Shown: positions 40,239 through 51,571 of the stretch, piece by piece
Numbering within the stretch: the first letter of the stretch is position 1
Layout: each line of letters begins with the position of its first letter
DNA from: an uncultured Alphaproteobacteria bacterium
GTDB lineage: Bacteria > Pseudomonadota > Alphaproteobacteria > Acetobacterales > Acetobacteraceae
Direction of reading: 5' to 3'
Assembly (NCBI GenBank): GCA_963712195.1
Contig: CAVQHB010000014.1
Location: 10,669-74,668, forward strand
Length of the DNA stretch: 64,000 nucleotides
Notes under the pieces: model-generated
Told to the model about the DNA's origin: nothing
What the model saw: only the letters and a program-made list of their open reading frames with translations
The model's database searches: none
Position numbers and translations under genes: made by a program

Positions 40239-41810
40239 ATGGATAGGAATACCGCTCTTTCTGAACGCCTGCGTTTTCTTGGGTTAGACCACAGCGCTCT
40301 GGCGAAGCTCAAAGCGATGAAGCGGACCCTCATGCTGGCGTTACCGGAGGCGCTTGAAATTTTTTATGCAAAAGCAGCAGCCGAGCCGCGTGTCAGTAGC
40401 CTTTTCTCCGGCCCGGCCGCCATTACCCATGCCAAGGGTCAGCAGCGTTCCCATTGGGATATGATATCCGAAGGTCAATTTGACCAAAGCTACCTGAGTG
40501 CGGTCACGAAGGTCGGAAATGTTCATGCGGCCATTGGACTAGAGCCGCGTTGGTATATCGCGGGTTATGCGATCATCTTTGAGCAGCTTGTCGTAGGCGT
40601 CCTAGAAGCTCGCCTGCAAAAAAAGACTAAAAAGACTAGCTTTTGGAGTAAATTCTTCGGCTCGTCTAAGAAGAACGAAGCGCGTGACATTGCCGCCGAA
40701 GTTGGCGTCCTGGCGAAGGCCACATTCCTCGATATGGATATTGCCATTTCCGTTTATCTCGAAGCTCTGGAGGTAGCTCGGGTAAAAGACGTTGCCCACA
40801 CTAGATCAACCATCGGTACGAAAGTGGGTGAGACAGTCGGTGTAGCATTGGCGGCGCTTGCTGAAGGCGACCTTACAGCCCGAATTGGCGATGATATACC
40901 AGAGGATTTTGTCCGTTTGCGTCATGACTTTAACGCCGCCGCGGAAAAACTTCAGGGAACAATGAAGGCCGTCGCGGCCAATGCACAAGGCGTGCGGTCC
41001 GGCGCAGGGGAGATCACTCAGGCGTCGGATGACCTGTCCCGCCGTACCGAGCAGCAGGCCGCCAGCCTGGAACAGACCGCTGCGGCACTCCACCAGATCA
41101 CGACCACAGTACACAAGACTGCTGAGGCCGCCACCGAGGCCCGCAATGCCGCTACCGTCGCTAGAGCTGACGCGGAACGCTCCAATGAAGTTCTGCGCGA
41201 GACGATAGGTGCCATGAACGGCATTGAGACCTCTTCCAGCCAAATTGCCCAGATCATTGGCGTGATCGACGAGATCGCATTCCAGACCAACCTGCTGGCG
41301 CTAAACGCCGGCATCGAGGCGGCGCGTGCGGGTGATGCCGGGCGCGGTTTTGCGGTCGTTGCGACGGAGGTTCGGGCGCTAGCACAACGCTCAGCCAGTG
41401 CCGCAAAGGAGATCAAGGAGCTCATCGCTGCTTCTGGCCAGCAAGTCGAGACCGGCGTCAAACTGGTTGGCGAAACTGGCAAGGCGCTCGGTCAGATCGT
41501 CGAGCAAGTAACACGGCTCAGCAGTCTGATCTCCGACATTGCGGCCTCTGCGCAGGAGCAGGCCACCGGACTGTCCGAAGTGAACACGGCCGTAAACCAC
41601 ATGGATCAGGTGACCCAGCAGAACGCTGCGATGGTCGAAGAGACCACGGCGGCCAGTTATAACCTAGACAAAGAGGCGTCAGAGCTCGCGCAGCTTATCG
41701 GCCAGTTCCGGATCGGCCAAGTCCAACACCCCCATTTATCGGTAGTGCCGAACCGAAAATCAGATACTATTGCGGATTCCGAGATCATCGCGCGCACTGT
41801 TCCGATTTGA
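40239..41810 (+). CDS. Globin-coupled (HemAT-like) chemoreceptor; last residues replaced by IS21 sequence
   Basis: FY, QQRSHW, VGNVHAAIGLEPRWYIAGY with proximal His; MCP hairpin; native tail resumes at 44382-44445. Confidence 0.9.
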   Translation: MDRNTALSERLRFLGLDHSALAKLKAMKRTLMLALPEALEIFYAKAAAEPRVSSLFSGPAAITHAKGQQRSHWDMISEGQFDQSYLSAVTKVGNVHAAIGLEPRWYIAGYAIIFEQLVVGVLEARLQKKTKKTSFWSKFFGSSKKNEARDIAAEVGVLAKATFLDMDIAISVYLEALEVARVKDVAHTRSTIGTKVGETVGVALAALAEGDLTARIGDDIPEDFVRLRHDFNAAAEKLQGTMKAVAANAQGVRSGAGEITQASDDLSRRTEQQAASLEQTAAALHQITTTVHKTAEAATEARNAATVARADAERSNEVLRETIGAMNGIETSSSQIAQIIGVIDEIAFQTNLLALNAGIEAARAGDAGRGFAVVATEVRALAQRSASAAKEIKELIAASGQQVETGVKLVGETGKALGQIVEQVTRLSSLISDIAASAQEQATGLSEVNTAVNHMDQVTQQNAAMVEETTAASYNLDKEASELAQLIGQFRIGQVQHPHLSVVPNRKSDTIADSEIIARTVPI

Positions 41811-41957
41811 TCGCGCGCGGGATTCCGAGATGATCGCGCGCAGCGTTCCGATTTGATGCCGCTCAGCATTCCGATTTGAAGGCGCGCAGTTTCGGATGGT
41901 GTGAAGCCTGATCGTTGGGGGACAGTTCCCTGGTTGTTGAACAACCGGAGGACGTGG

Positions 41958-43502
41958 ATGCCGACGAGGAGGGTAGAGATGCGCCAAGTGCGCGAGATTT
42001 TGCGCCTGAGCCTGGAGGCCGGGCTTTCGACGCGGGTAATTGGCGAACGTGTTGGGATCGGGCCGACGACGGTACGTGACACGCTGAAGCGATTTGCGCG
42101 TGCTGGCCTTTCCTGGCCGGTACCGCCCGAGATCAGCGACGCGGAACTGGAAGGGCGGCTGTATGGGCTTGTTGCGGCAAAGCCAGGCCGTCGTAAGCAG
42201 GCAGAGCCGGACTGGTCGGTGGTGGCCCGGGAGTTGAAGCGCAAACATGTGACGCTTCAGGTTCTCTGGGAGGAGTATATAGCCGAGCATCCCGACGGAT
42301 ACCGGTACAGCCGGTATTGCGACCTGTTCCGCGGTTGGGAGGGACGACTGCCACTGACGATGCGGCAGAGCCACGGTGGCGGGGAGAAGCTGTTCGTCGA
42401 CTATGCCGGCGACACGTTGCCGGTGGTTGATCGTCAAACCGGCGAGGTCCGCGCCGCACATATCTTTGTGGCGGTGATGGGCGGTTCCAGCCTGTCATTC
42501 GCGTGTGCGACCTGGACGGAACAACTGGCCGACTGGATTGAGAGTCATAATGCGGCCTTCGCCTTCTTTGGTGGAGCCGCGCAGCTTTTGGTGCCCGATA
42601 ATGCCAAGGTCGCGGTGATTCGGGCCTGCCACTTCGATCCCATGGTCAACCGCAGCTACACCGATATGGCGCGCCATTACGGGACGGCGGTATTGCCGGC
42701 CCGGCCGAGGAAACCCAGGGACAAGGCGAAGGTTGAGGCTTGCGTCGGTATTGTCGAACGCTGGCTTTTTGGCCGGTTCCGCAAGCGGACCTTTTACAGC
42801 CTGGCCGAGGTCAATGCGGCGATTGCCGAATGCATGGCGGATCTTAACGACGTGCGGGTGCTGCGCCAGTTCGGCAAGACACGCCGCCAATTGTTCGAGG
42901 AGGTGGATGCGCCGAACCTGAGGCCATTGCCAAACGAACCGTGGGTTCATGCCGAATGGCGACGTTGCCGGGTGGGGCTCGACTACCACATTGCTATCGA
43001 GCGGCACCATTACTCGGTGCCCTACCGCTTTGCCCGGCGCGAGGTCGAAGCGCGGATCACGGCGCGGACCGTGGAGGTGTTCCTCGGCTCCGAGCGCATC
43101 GCCGTCCATATGCGCGGCAGCGGCAATGGGCGGCATACGACCGTGCCCGAGCATATGCCCTCCAGCCACCGGCGATATGGTGAATGGACGCCAGCGAAGA
43201 TCCGCGAGGAGGCAAGGCGGATTGGGCCGATGCTGTCCCTTCTGGTCGAGAAGATCATTGAAAGCCGGCCGCACCCCGAGCAGGGCTACCGCTCATGCCT
43301 GGGCATTATCGGGCTGGAAAAACGCTTTGGCGCTGAGCGGCTCGAAGCCGCCGCCCTGCGCGCCCTGGAAATTGAGGCGCGCAATTACCCGTCCGTCAAA
43401 TCGATCCTCGAGAAGGGGCTCGACAGCATCCCGGCCTCGAAAGCCCCGGAGCGCGAGCCGATCCTCCACGCCAATCTCCGCGGCTCTGACTATTATCACT
43501 GA
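41958..43502 (+). CDS. istA: IS21 transposase IstA
   Basis: FVDYAG, VPDN, PRDKAKVE DDE motifs; GGAGG before ATG 41958. Confidence 0.93.
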   Translation: MPTRRVEMRQVREILRLSLEAGLSTRVIGERVGIGPTTVRDTLKRFARAGLSWPVPPEISDAELEGRLYGLVAAKPGRRKQAEPDWSVVARELKRKHVTLQVLWEEYIAEHPDGYRYSRYCDLFRGWEGRLPLTMRQSHGGGEKLFVDYAGDTLPVVDRQTGEVRAAHIFVAVMGGSSLSFACATWTEQLADWIESHNAAFAFFGGAAQLLVPDNAKVAVIRACHFDPMVNRSYTDMARHYGTAVLPARPRKPRDKAKVEACVGIVERWLFGRFRKRTFYSLAEVNAAIAECMADLNDVRVLRQFGKTRRQLFEEVDAPNLRPLPNEPWVHAEWRRCRVGLDYHIAIERHHYSVPYRFARREVEARITARTVEVFLGSERIAVHMRGSGNGRHTTVPEHMPSSHRRYGEWTPAKIREEARRIGPMLSLLVEKIIESRPHPEQGYRSCLGIIGLEKRFGAERLEAAALRALEIEARNYPSVKSILEKGLDSIPASKAPEREPILHANLRGSDYYH

Positions 43503-43514
43503 AAGGAAACGAGA

Positions 43515-44252
43515 ATGTTGAAACACCCCACGCTTGACCTGCTCAACCAGCTTGGCCTGGCCGGAATGGCGCATGCCTTCGCCGAGTTTACCGCCAACGA
43601 CGAGGTCAAGGGGCTCAATCATGCCGAATGGTTGGCGTTGCTGCTCGATCATGAGGTGACGTATCGCAATGACCGGCGCTTGGCGCTACGCCTGCGTCAG
43701 GCGCGCCTACGCCACCATGCCGTGCCCGAGGACGTTGATTACCGCGCCTCACGCGGCCTCGACCGCCGGCTGTTCGAGAGGCTGCTCAGGGGCGACTGGA
43801 TCGCTGCCCATGAAAATTTGGCGATCATCGGGCCAACCGGTGTCGGGAAAAGTTGGTTGGCCTGCGCCATCGGCCACAACGCCTGCCGCAGCAACCGTTC
43901 GGTACTCTACACGCGGCTACCCCGCCTGATCGATGAACTAGCCCTGGCCAAGGGCGACGGCCGGATCGCCGCGCGCATGAAAAGCCTCGCCAAGGTCGAT
44001 CTGCTCATCCTCGATGATTGGGGCCTCGAACCGCTCGACGGCAATGCCCGGCACCACCTGCTCGAAATCATCGAGGATCGCTATGGTCGGCGTTCAACCC
44101 TCGTCACCAGCCAGCTTCCAATCGCCAGATGGCACGAGCTGATCGGCAATCCCACCTATGCTGACGCCATCCTCGACCGTCTCGTCCATAATGCCCACCG
44201 GTTGGAAATAACCGGCAACTCCCTGCGCCGCATCACCCAAACCGTCGCTTGA
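43515..44252 (+). CDS. istB: IS21 helper ATPase IstB
   Basis: GPTGVGKS, LILDDWG, DAILDRL. Confidence 0.95.
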   Translation: MLKHPTLDLLNQLGLAGMAHAFAEFTANDEVKGLNHAEWLALLLDHEVTYRNDRRLALRLRQARLRHHAVPEDVDYRASRGLDRRLFERLLRGDWIAAHENLAIIGPTGVGKSWLACAIGHNACRSNRSVLYTRLPRLIDELALAKGDGRIAARMKSLAKVDLLILDDWGLEPLDGNARHHLLEIIEDRYGRRSTLVTSQLPIARWHELIGNPTYADAILDRLVHNAHRLEITGNSLRRITQTVA

Positions 44253-44923
44253 CCAGCAACCAAACACAGTGACATCGTTCAAACAACGATCAGGTGCTTC
44301 ACCTGCGCGCGATCAAATCGGAACGCTGCGCGGCATCAGATCGGAATACATGCGCGCGATCGTCGGAATCCGCAATACTATGACAATGGCAAAACCACGC
44401 ATTCCTATGCATGCCCCAGCCGCATCCATCAAACATGCTCATTGATCTGATCAAATACCGGTTGACATTCAGCGAGGCATACGCGGTCTTTGCCCTCCTG
44501 CTTGGCCCGGTAAAGTGCGCGGTCAGCCGCCCTCACCAGATCATCGGGGGCTGTATGTCCCGAACCTGGCACCAGTGCCGCAACTCCCAAACTGATGGTG
44601 ACAAAGCCTTGGGGATGTAGCGCATGGTCCAGACGTAGTTCACGGACCTGAATAAGCAGGCGTTCGGCGACGGAAAGCGCTGCCTTGATGTCGGTGTTGG
44701 GGAGCAACACCGCGAACTCTTCGCCACCGTAGCGCCCCACCATATCCGTTGGCCGGCAGGACCGCTGGAGACTGGCTGCCACCGCCCGGAGGCAGTGATC
44801 CCCGGCAAGGTGCCCATACAGGTCATTGTACTGCTTAAAAGCGTCGACATCGATCATGATAAACGCAAGAGGCTGGCCCGATATACAAGCGCGGCGAATT
44901 TGACGGTGCAGGTTTTCCTCTAA

Positions 44924-46172
44924 GGGCTTGTTGCTAAATTATCGCTTCGGATTGCGGTTTGATGGTGTAGTTCCACTCGCCGTGGAAATCGTGGCGATGG
45001 AGGTTGAGGGCGTCCATCTCAGCATCGGCGACTTTGACGCCCTTGGGATAGGAATTGGTGTCGATTTCACTGCGGACCGTCAGGCCGGCGTCGGTGGTGG
45101 TGGCGGCGATGAGCTGGACGATGGTCTGGTAGCTGATCAGTGGCCGACCGCGCCAGTTTTGAGTGATGAACGAGAATAGCCGGTGTTCGATCTTGTTCCA
45201 CTTGCTGGTTCCAGGCGGCAGATGACAGACGGTGATTTCGAGACCGAGCTCGTTGACGAGAGCCTGAAGTTCAAGCTTCCACAAGCGCACGCGTGATCCA
45301 TTACTGCCGCCGCCATCTGCCGTGATCACCAGCCGCGTGGCTTTACGATAACGCTTACGTCCCATGGTCTGCCACCAACGGCGGATCGAATTGACGGCGA
45401 AACTTGCAGGATCATGGTCGATGCCGACGCTGACCCATCCAGTGTTGTCGGCGATGTCATAGACGCCATAGGGTGCTGCCCGGCCGTTGTTCTTGAAGTC
45501 GCCAACAAGTTCTTTCTTCTTTGTGTCGACCGAAATGGCGGGTTGATCGGCCGCCAACGCCGCCTTCACCTGATCGTTGATGTAGTTGAACTGAGCGTCG
45601 CGGTCGGGGTGGCTGGCCCCCTCCAGCGTCTTGCGATTGGCCTGCAGGCTGTAGCCCAGTTCGCGCAACAGGTTGGCCACGACGTTGTGACCGATGCGGT
45701 GGCCGCAGCCCTGCAGTTCGGCGGCCAGATTGCGGAGACTTTTGGCTGTCCATAGCAAAGGCGCCATCGGATCGCCGCGCGTGACAGGCTCCACAAGAGC
45801 CTGCAGATCCCTCAGCAATGTCCCGTCTGTGGCCGCCAGAGACTTTCTGCCACCACCCACCCGACGCACCCGATCCACAGGCGCCGCCGGTTTGGCGTCA
45901 TTACGCAGTTCGGCCAAGCCCCGATTGATCGTGCTGCGCGCAATTCCTGTCGCCCGAGACACCGCGATCACGCCGCCGCGGCCTGCGGCCAGCGCCTCAG
46001 CCGCCGCAAAACGCCGCCGACCGCGCTCGTCCAGCACTGGCGCAAGGGCAATAAATCGCAAGCGGATAGCGCTATCGTCGATCACAACCCGAATCTAGCA
46101 GCGACAATTCGGCAGGGGAATCCACCAATCCCTCAAAGTCACATATCAACTCAATTATTTATCAACGGCCCC
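44924..46172 (-). mobile_element. ISAzo13 copy 2 with 69-bp in-frame deletion in the transposase (44934-46085)
   Basis: 383 aa versus 406 aa; deletion between GGCCGGG repeats; TAA flanks. Confidence 0.9.
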
Positions 46173-46702
46173 TAAATAGCGCCGGTTGCCAACGCCAGTC
46201 AGGACATCGTAGCGCGAGATATTGCGATACAAATTCACAGATTTATCCTTGACCAAGGTGATCATGGCAAAACTGAACACAAGCGTGATTACCATGAAAT
46301 CGATCAACACCAGCTGGAACCGCGGCACCATTTCAATGGAAGCATAAGTAAGATGTGGCCATACCAGCGAACAAAATGCTCGGCGGAGCATCAACACCGC
46401 TTGCAGCCCCAGAATGGTCAGCACCAGCGCGCGGATGGCGCTGGACCCATGTGGCTTCAGCCATAACTCGCGCGACGCAAGAGCAATCGGGATTAAGAGC
46501 AACAGGAGCCCACAACCAATGCGTAGATCCAGCTTCGCCCTGAACGCAGGAATGCGTATTCCGATGAAGCCGGCCATGCATTCCAATCTGAAGCCGGCCA
46601 CCCATTCCGAAATGAAGCCGGCCAGGGTTCCGATTTGAAGCCGGCCACCTGAGCGTCGTTCGGTTGGGTCTTGGTGAATGATTATCGGGTCCTTTGCTGC
46701 GG

Positions 46703-47455
46703 TCAAGTTTGGGCGTTGGTGAGGGGCGGATTTTTCTTTTTCCGGAGGCTCTCGCCGGTCAGTTCGATGCGATAGGCGTTGTGGATGAGGCGGTCGAGGA
46801 TGGCGTCGGCGATGGTGGGGTTGCCGATGATTTCGTACCATTGGCCGATCGGCACCTGACTGGTGATGATGACCGAGCGCATCTCGTGGCGGTCATCAAT
46901 GATCTCCAGCAAGTCGCGGCGCTGGTCGTCGGTCAAGGTTTCGGGCCCCCAATCGTCCAGGATGAGCAGGTCCACCTTCGCGATCTGACGCAGTAATCTG
47001 GTGTAGCGGCCATCTGCTCGGGCCAGAGCAAGGGCGGAGAACAGGCGCGGCACGCGATGGTAGGCGGTGGACAGATCCTCCCGGCACGCCTTTTGCCCGA
47101 GCGCGCAGGAGAGCCAACTTTTTCCGACCCCAGTTGGGCCGGTAACGAGTAAATTGTGCTTAGCACGGACCCAGTCACAGTCTGCAAGTTTCATGAATAA
47201 TGCCCGGTCTAGGCCACGCGGTGCCCGGTAATCGACATCTTCAATACTGGCGGGTTGCCGTAGTTTGGCGGTACGGGCGCGGCTCTCGAAGCGCTTCTGC
47301 CGCCGCAGCGTGACTTCATGGTCAAGCAGCAAAGCGAGCCATTCGGCATGGGTCAGGTTGGCGGTCTCCGGCTGCGCCGCGAATTCCTTGAACCCCTTGG
47401 CCATGCCGTGAAGCCCGAGTTCGTGCAATTGGTCGAGCGTTGGATGGGTGAGCAT
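46703..47455 (-). CDS. istB: IstB ATPase
   Basis: GPTGVGKS, LILDDWG. Confidence 0.95.
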   Translation of the reverse strand: MLTHPTLDQLHELGLHGMAKGFKEFAAQPETANLTHAEWLALLLDHEVTLRRQKRFESRARTAKLRQPASIEDVDYRAPRGLDRALFMKLADCDWVRAKHNLLVTGPTGVGKSWLSCALGQKACREDLSTAYHRVPRLFSALALARADGRYTRLLRQIAKVDLLILDDWGPETLTDDQRRDLLEIIDDRHEMRSVIITSQVPIGQWYEIIGNPTIADAILDRLIHNAYRIELTGESLRKKKNPPLTNAQT

Positions 47456-47468
47456 GATGTTGATCCTT

Positions 47469-49010
47469 TCAATGAAAATATTTGGCGCCGCGCAGATTGC
47501 CGTGGGTCATCACCGCCTGCGGTTCGCTCGCAGCGGCGCTGGCGCGGTCGAGCTTGTTGGCGATGATCGAGGCGACGCTTTTGTAGGTGAACGCCTCATA
47601 GGCGACGGCGCGGGCCGCCACCGCCTCGGCGCGCGTTTGCTCAAGGTCCTTGAACAGCCGGAGCACGCCAAGGCAGGTTCGGAACCCCTGTTCCGGGTGT
47701 GGCCGCCTGGCGAGAATGGCGATGACCAGGCCCTCGGTATTGGGACCAATGGCAGCACCCCAGCGGCGGAAGCGCTCCGGCGTCCATTCGGCGTAGCGCC
47801 GGTGCGCGCTCGGCATATGCTCAGGATCGGTGCCATGTTTTGATCCGCTATACCGGCGCTGATGCACGGCAACTCGCTTGCCTTGATGAAATATCTCGAT
47901 GATCCGTTCGCTCGCCCTGGTGTCGACCTGTTGGCGGATCAATTGATGCGGCACCGAGTAGAAAAATCCGCAGACCTCGACATGATAATCCAGCGAGACG
48001 CGGGCCAAGCCCCATTCGGCGAATTCGTAATCCGTCTCGGGCAGCTCAGCCAAAGCCGGGCGCTCGATCGTCTCGAACAGATGCCGCCGGCTGACCCCAA
48101 GTCGGCGCATGATGTGATCGTTGATCCGCGCCACCATGCCGGCAATCGCCTGGTTGGCTTCGGCCAGGGAGAAGAACGTCTGCCGCCGCAGCCGGCCCAG
48201 AATATAGCTCTGGGCAAAGCGCACCCCGGCCTCAACTTTGGCCTTATCCTTCGGTCGCCTTGGCCGCGCGGGCAGAATGCCAACACCGTAATGCGCGGCC
48301 ATCCGGCCGTAGCTGAGATTGATCTCGGGATCGTAGAACGATGCTTTGGTGACGCCCGACTTCAGATTATCCGGCACCACCAGCCGCGGCACCCCGCCGA
48401 AAAACCGGAACATGCGGACATGGGCGCCAATCCAATCCGGTAGCGTCTGGCTCCAGCTCGCTTCGCAATACGTGAAGCCCGATGCCCCCAGGACCGCGAC
48501 AAAAATTTCCGCGAAACTCACAGCCCCCGTCGCCGGGTCGGTAATGCCGATCTTTTTGCCGGAGTAATCGACGAAGACCTTGTCGCCCGCCCGGTGCTCC
48601 TGGCGCATGACCGGCGACAGCCGGGCTTCGAACTCCCTGATCAGATCGCAGAATCGGCTGTAGCTGTACCCGTCGGGATGCACCGCGCGATATTCTTCCC
48701 ACAGCACCATCAGGTTGACGCCGGGGCGCTTGAGCTCGCAGATCAGGTCGCTCCAGGCTGGCTCGACACGCCGGCGCGCTCCGCGCTGGGCGCCGCCGCG
48801 GGCAAACAACCGCTCCTCCAAAACCGCATCGGTAAGATCGGCCGGTAGCGGCCAAGCCAGCCCCGCCAGCTGTGCTCGCTTCAGATTATCCTGGATCGTG
48901 CTGCGGGCAACGCCGAGCATGCGCCCGATCTGCCGCGCGCTGATGCCGTCGCTGGCCAGCCGTAATGTCTGTCGTATCTGCCGCATTGTCAGCTCTCTTT
49001 TCGCCGGCAT
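47469..49010 (-). CDS. istA: IstA transposase
   Basis: FVDYSG, VPDNLK, PKDKAKVE. Confidence 0.95.
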   Translation of the reverse strand: MPAKRELTMRQIRQTLRLASDGISARQIGRMLGVARSTIQDNLKRAQLAGLAWPLPADLTDAVLEERLFARGGAQRGARRRVEPAWSDLICELKRPGVNLMVLWEEYRAVHPDGYSYSRFCDLIREFEARLSPVMRQEHRAGDKVFVDYSGKKIGITDPATGAVSFAEIFVAVLGASGFTYCEASWSQTLPDWIGAHVRMFRFFGGVPRLVVPDNLKSGVTKASFYDPEINLSYGRMAAHYGVGILPARPRRPKDKAKVEAGVRFAQSYILGRLRRQTFFSLAEANQAIAGMVARINDHIMRRLGVSRRHLFETIERPALAELPETDYEFAEWGLARVSLDYHVEVCGFFYSVPHQLIRQQVDTRASERIIEIFHQGKRVAVHQRRYSGSKHGTDPEHMPSAHRRYAEWTPERFRRWGAAIGPNTEGLVIAILARRPHPEQGFRTCLGVLRLFKDLEQTRAEAVAARAVAYEAFTYKSVASIIANKLDRASAAASEPQAVMTHGNLRGAKYFH

Positions 49011-49512
49011 CCATTCCTCCTCGTGGTTGATTACGAGGGGAAAAATGCCCGAGTTGCTGACCCAACCGAAAACGCCGGATCGCCCCGCCAGGTGGCCGGA
49101 ATTAAATCGGAATGGTGGCCGGCTTCAAATCGGAACGGTGGCCGACACCAAATCGGTATCCCTGGCCGGCTTCCGTCGGAATCCGCACGCAGGAACACAA
49201 CAGAGACCGAGCCATATTACCACCAGCAGTATGGTTATGGCGATTTTGGGCGGCTGATCCCGCAAGGACCGGAAGGCGGTCCAGACCATACTGAAACTGA
49301 TCAGCAACATAGGAAGCGGGATTGCGACAGCCGCCAGAAAGGGCAATTCAATACGACCAATCACAGCCGCGCCGTTCAACATGGCAGATGAAGCCATCAA
49401 AAGCATCGCCACATGCTTGCGATCCTGCAACCAGATCAGGAAACAGACCACCGCAGTCAGAAAAACAACAAGAGACATGGAAAGCAGGAGGGTCTGCAGA
49501 TCAAGAGCCAAG

Positions 49513-49539
49513 CAAAAGTTACCTTAATCTAGCCGATTT
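49513..49539 (+). promoter_or_regulatory. Possible sigma28 promoter CAAAAGTT-N11-GCCGATTT facing flgM
   Basis: Resembles TAAAGTTT-N11-GCCGATAA; about 240 bp upstream of the IS605 site. Confidence 0.35.
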
Positions 49540-49930
49540 GTGCCACCCGACGCGAAAGCCGCTAATTATTTGTACCATAACTTTAGATCGCGTTCGAGTA
49601 CGTCATGGGGCAATTCTAGGTTATTTCTCCCCGCTTTTCTGGCTGACTCTGGCGCCGCGCCGTCAGGAGCCGCCGCAACTCATAGTTGGGCACGAAGCTA
49701 TGTCGATCCGGGCGGGGGCACGGCTGGTGAGTCGCGTTGTGAACTCTGCTCACGACGATGTGCGGGCCCTGTTAGCGGCATGACCCCCTAAAGCCCGCAA
49801 GCCCCGGCGTTTAGGCCGGGGTAAGGGCGTCTTGCAGTATTGCCGCGTCCACGCATTCGAACGCCAGAGCGAGCGCAGCGCGGGAGCGGCGTAGCCCGGC
49901 CCGTAGGGCCGTCTGGCGAGGCTATTGCGT

Positions 49931-50344
49931 TTAGTCTGGCGTTCTTTGTTGTTCGATGTACTGGCGGATAATACTGATCGGCGCGCCACCGCAGGAAGCT
50001 GCGAAGTAAGATGGCGACCACAAGACGCCTTTCCAGTAGCGTTTCGCCAATGTTGGGTGGTTCTGGCGCAGCCTGCGGCTCGACACGCCTTTGAGGCTGT
50101 TCACAAGGGCTGACACCGCCACCTTCGGTGGATAATTCACCAGCAGATGCACATGGTCATCTTCCCCGTCCATCTCGATCAACTCTGCTTCAAAGTCGGT
50201 GCAGACGGAGGCAAAGATGCCACGCATATCGTCAAGCATGGCGGCGGTAAAGACGTGCCGCCGGTATTTGGTCACAAAGACCAAATGAATATGCATTGCA
50301 AAAACACAGTGTCTACCACGCCTATAATCATTGCTATCGGCCAT
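49931..50344 (-). CDS. tnpA: IS200-like Y1 transposase TnpA
   Basis: HLVFVTKYRR, HUH motif DHVHLL, LWSPSYF, YIEQQ. Confidence 0.95.
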   Translation of the reverse strand: MADSNDYRRGRHCVFAMHIHLVFVTKYRRHVFTAAMLDDMRGIFASVCTDFEAELIEMDGEDDHVHLLVNYPPKVAVSALVNSLKGVSSRRLRQNHPTLAKRYWKGVLWSPSYFAASCGGAPISIIRQYIEQQRTPD

Positions 50345-50365
50345 AGGCCAATATATATTAGTGTT

Positions 50366-51571
50366 GTGAAAGAACGTAAAGCCGCGTTGTTCCGCCTCTA
50401 CCCTACGCCTGAGCAAGCGACTCAGATGGCGCAGATCGCGGGCGCGTGCCGGTTTATCTACAACCTGGCTCTGGAACAGCGCCGCAACTGGTACCGGCCT
50501 GGCCGGAGGTTCAACTTCGCCAGCCAGTGCCGTGAGGTTACGATGCTCCGCGCGGAGGTGGAGTGGCTGAAAGCTGCGCCGATCCACCCGCTGCAACAGG
50601 CATTGCGCGATCTGGACCGGGCCTACCAGAACTGGTGGACTGGCCGGGCCGGTGCGCCAACGCCGCGCAAGAAGAGCTTAAACGACAGCTTCCGCTTCCC
50701 AGATCCCGCCTCGCTGCGGGTTGAGCGCACCGGCGCGTCGTCCGGGCGGCTCAAGCTGCCAAAGCTGGGCTGGGTGAAGCTGCGCGGCTGGCAGGAACTG
50801 CCGGGTGACATCTGCAACATCACCATCTCGCGCCGGGCTGGACAGTGGTTCGCCGCCGTCCAGTGCGAGCGCGAGGTTGCTGAGCCGGCCGTATCGACAC
50901 TGGCAGCCGTTGGCATCGATATGGGCATTGCGATCTTCGCGGCACTCAGTGATGGTACCACCATCGCGCCAGCCAACCACGGCAAGCGAGCCTTGAAGGC
51001 ACTGCGCTGGGCGCAGCAAGCCTTGTCGCGCAAGAAGCGCGGAAGCGCCAACCGCCGCAAAGCGATCCGCCGCGTGGCGCGGATACAGAAGCGGGTGGCA
51101 GACGCCCGCAAAGACTTCCTCCACAAGCACAGCACGATCATTGCCAAGAACCACGGCATGGTCGTTGTGGAGGCGCTACAGGTGCGGAACATGTCGGCCT
51201 CGGCTAAAGGCACTGCCGATGCGCCAGGACGGCGCGTCAGACAGAAGGCCGGGCTAAACCGCGCCATCCTCGATCAAGGATGGTCGATGTTCCGCACCAT
51301 GCTGGGCTATAAGCTGGCGGATCGTGGCGGGAGGCTGGTGGAAGTGCCGGCGGCCTACACCAGCCAGACCTGCTCAGCCTGCTGGCTTGTAGATGCCGAA
51401 TCACGGCAGGGACAAGCGCGGTTCGTCTGTATCGGCTGCGGCCATGAGGCGAACGCAGACAGCAACGCCGCTTTGAATATCCTACGGCGCGCGGACAGCG
51501 CGTTGAAGCCTGTGGAGGGGCACCGCACTAAGCGGCCCGGCGAAGCAGGAACCACCCGGTGGGCAGCTTAA
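50366..51571 (+). CDS. tnpB: RNA-guided endonuclease TnpB (probable GTG start)
   Basis: FRLYPT, RuvC GIDMG, VVEAL, NADSNAALNI; zinc finger CSAC...CIGC. Confidence 0.93.
   Translation: MKERKAALFRLYPTPEQATQMAQIAGACRFIYNLALEQRRNWYRPGRRFNFASQCREVTMLRAEVEWLKAAPIHPLQQALRDLDRAYQNWWTGRAGAPTPRKKSLNDSFRFPDPASLRVERTGASSGRLKLPKLGWVKLRGWQELPGDICNITISRRAGQWFAAVQCEREVAEPAVSTLAAVGIDMGIAIFAALSDGTTIAPANHGKRALKALRWAQQALSRKKRGSANRRKAIRRVARIQKRVADARKDFLHKHSTIIAKNHGMVVVEALQVRNMSASAKGTADAPGRRVRQKAGLNRAILDQGWSMFRTMLGYKLADRGGRLVEVPAAYTSQTCSACWLVDAESRQGQARFVCIGCGHEANADSNAALNILRRADSALKPVEGHRTKRPGEAGTTRWAA

Larger units (their letters stand above)
41771..44374 (+). mobile_element. IS21 family element
   Basis: TGCGGATTCC and GGAATCCGCA ends with internal repeats; 7-bp duplication ATACTAT. 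Confidence 0.93.
46553..49187 (-). mobile_element. Second IS21 family element
   Basis: TG...CA ends with repeated motifs; 8-bp duplication CGCAGGAA. Confidence 0.93.
44429..49511 (-). pseudogene. Membrane-bound diguanylate cyclase split by IS21 and ISAzo13 (49188-49511, 46173-46552, 44429-44923)
   Basis: TM helices; DVLTGVGNRRY | MIDVDAFKQYND...RYGGEEF...ADRALYRAK. Confidence 0.9.

Noticed and set aside
38717-46172. Composite transposon between the two ISAzo13 copies
   Set aside because: The GGDEF gene continues across copy 2, and TAA flanks are uninformative
46553-46650. Regular ~21-bp repeats (also at 28215-28285, 41771-41880, 44305-44374, 49090-49187) as a CRISPR-like array
   Set aside because: These are IS21 terminal transposase-binding repeats; no unique spacers and no cas genes
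50147-51571. TnpB as a nuclease-dead, domesticated regulator of flagellar genes
   Set aside because: All three RuvC acidic residues, tnpA and both IS ends are present, so it looks like an ordinary active element
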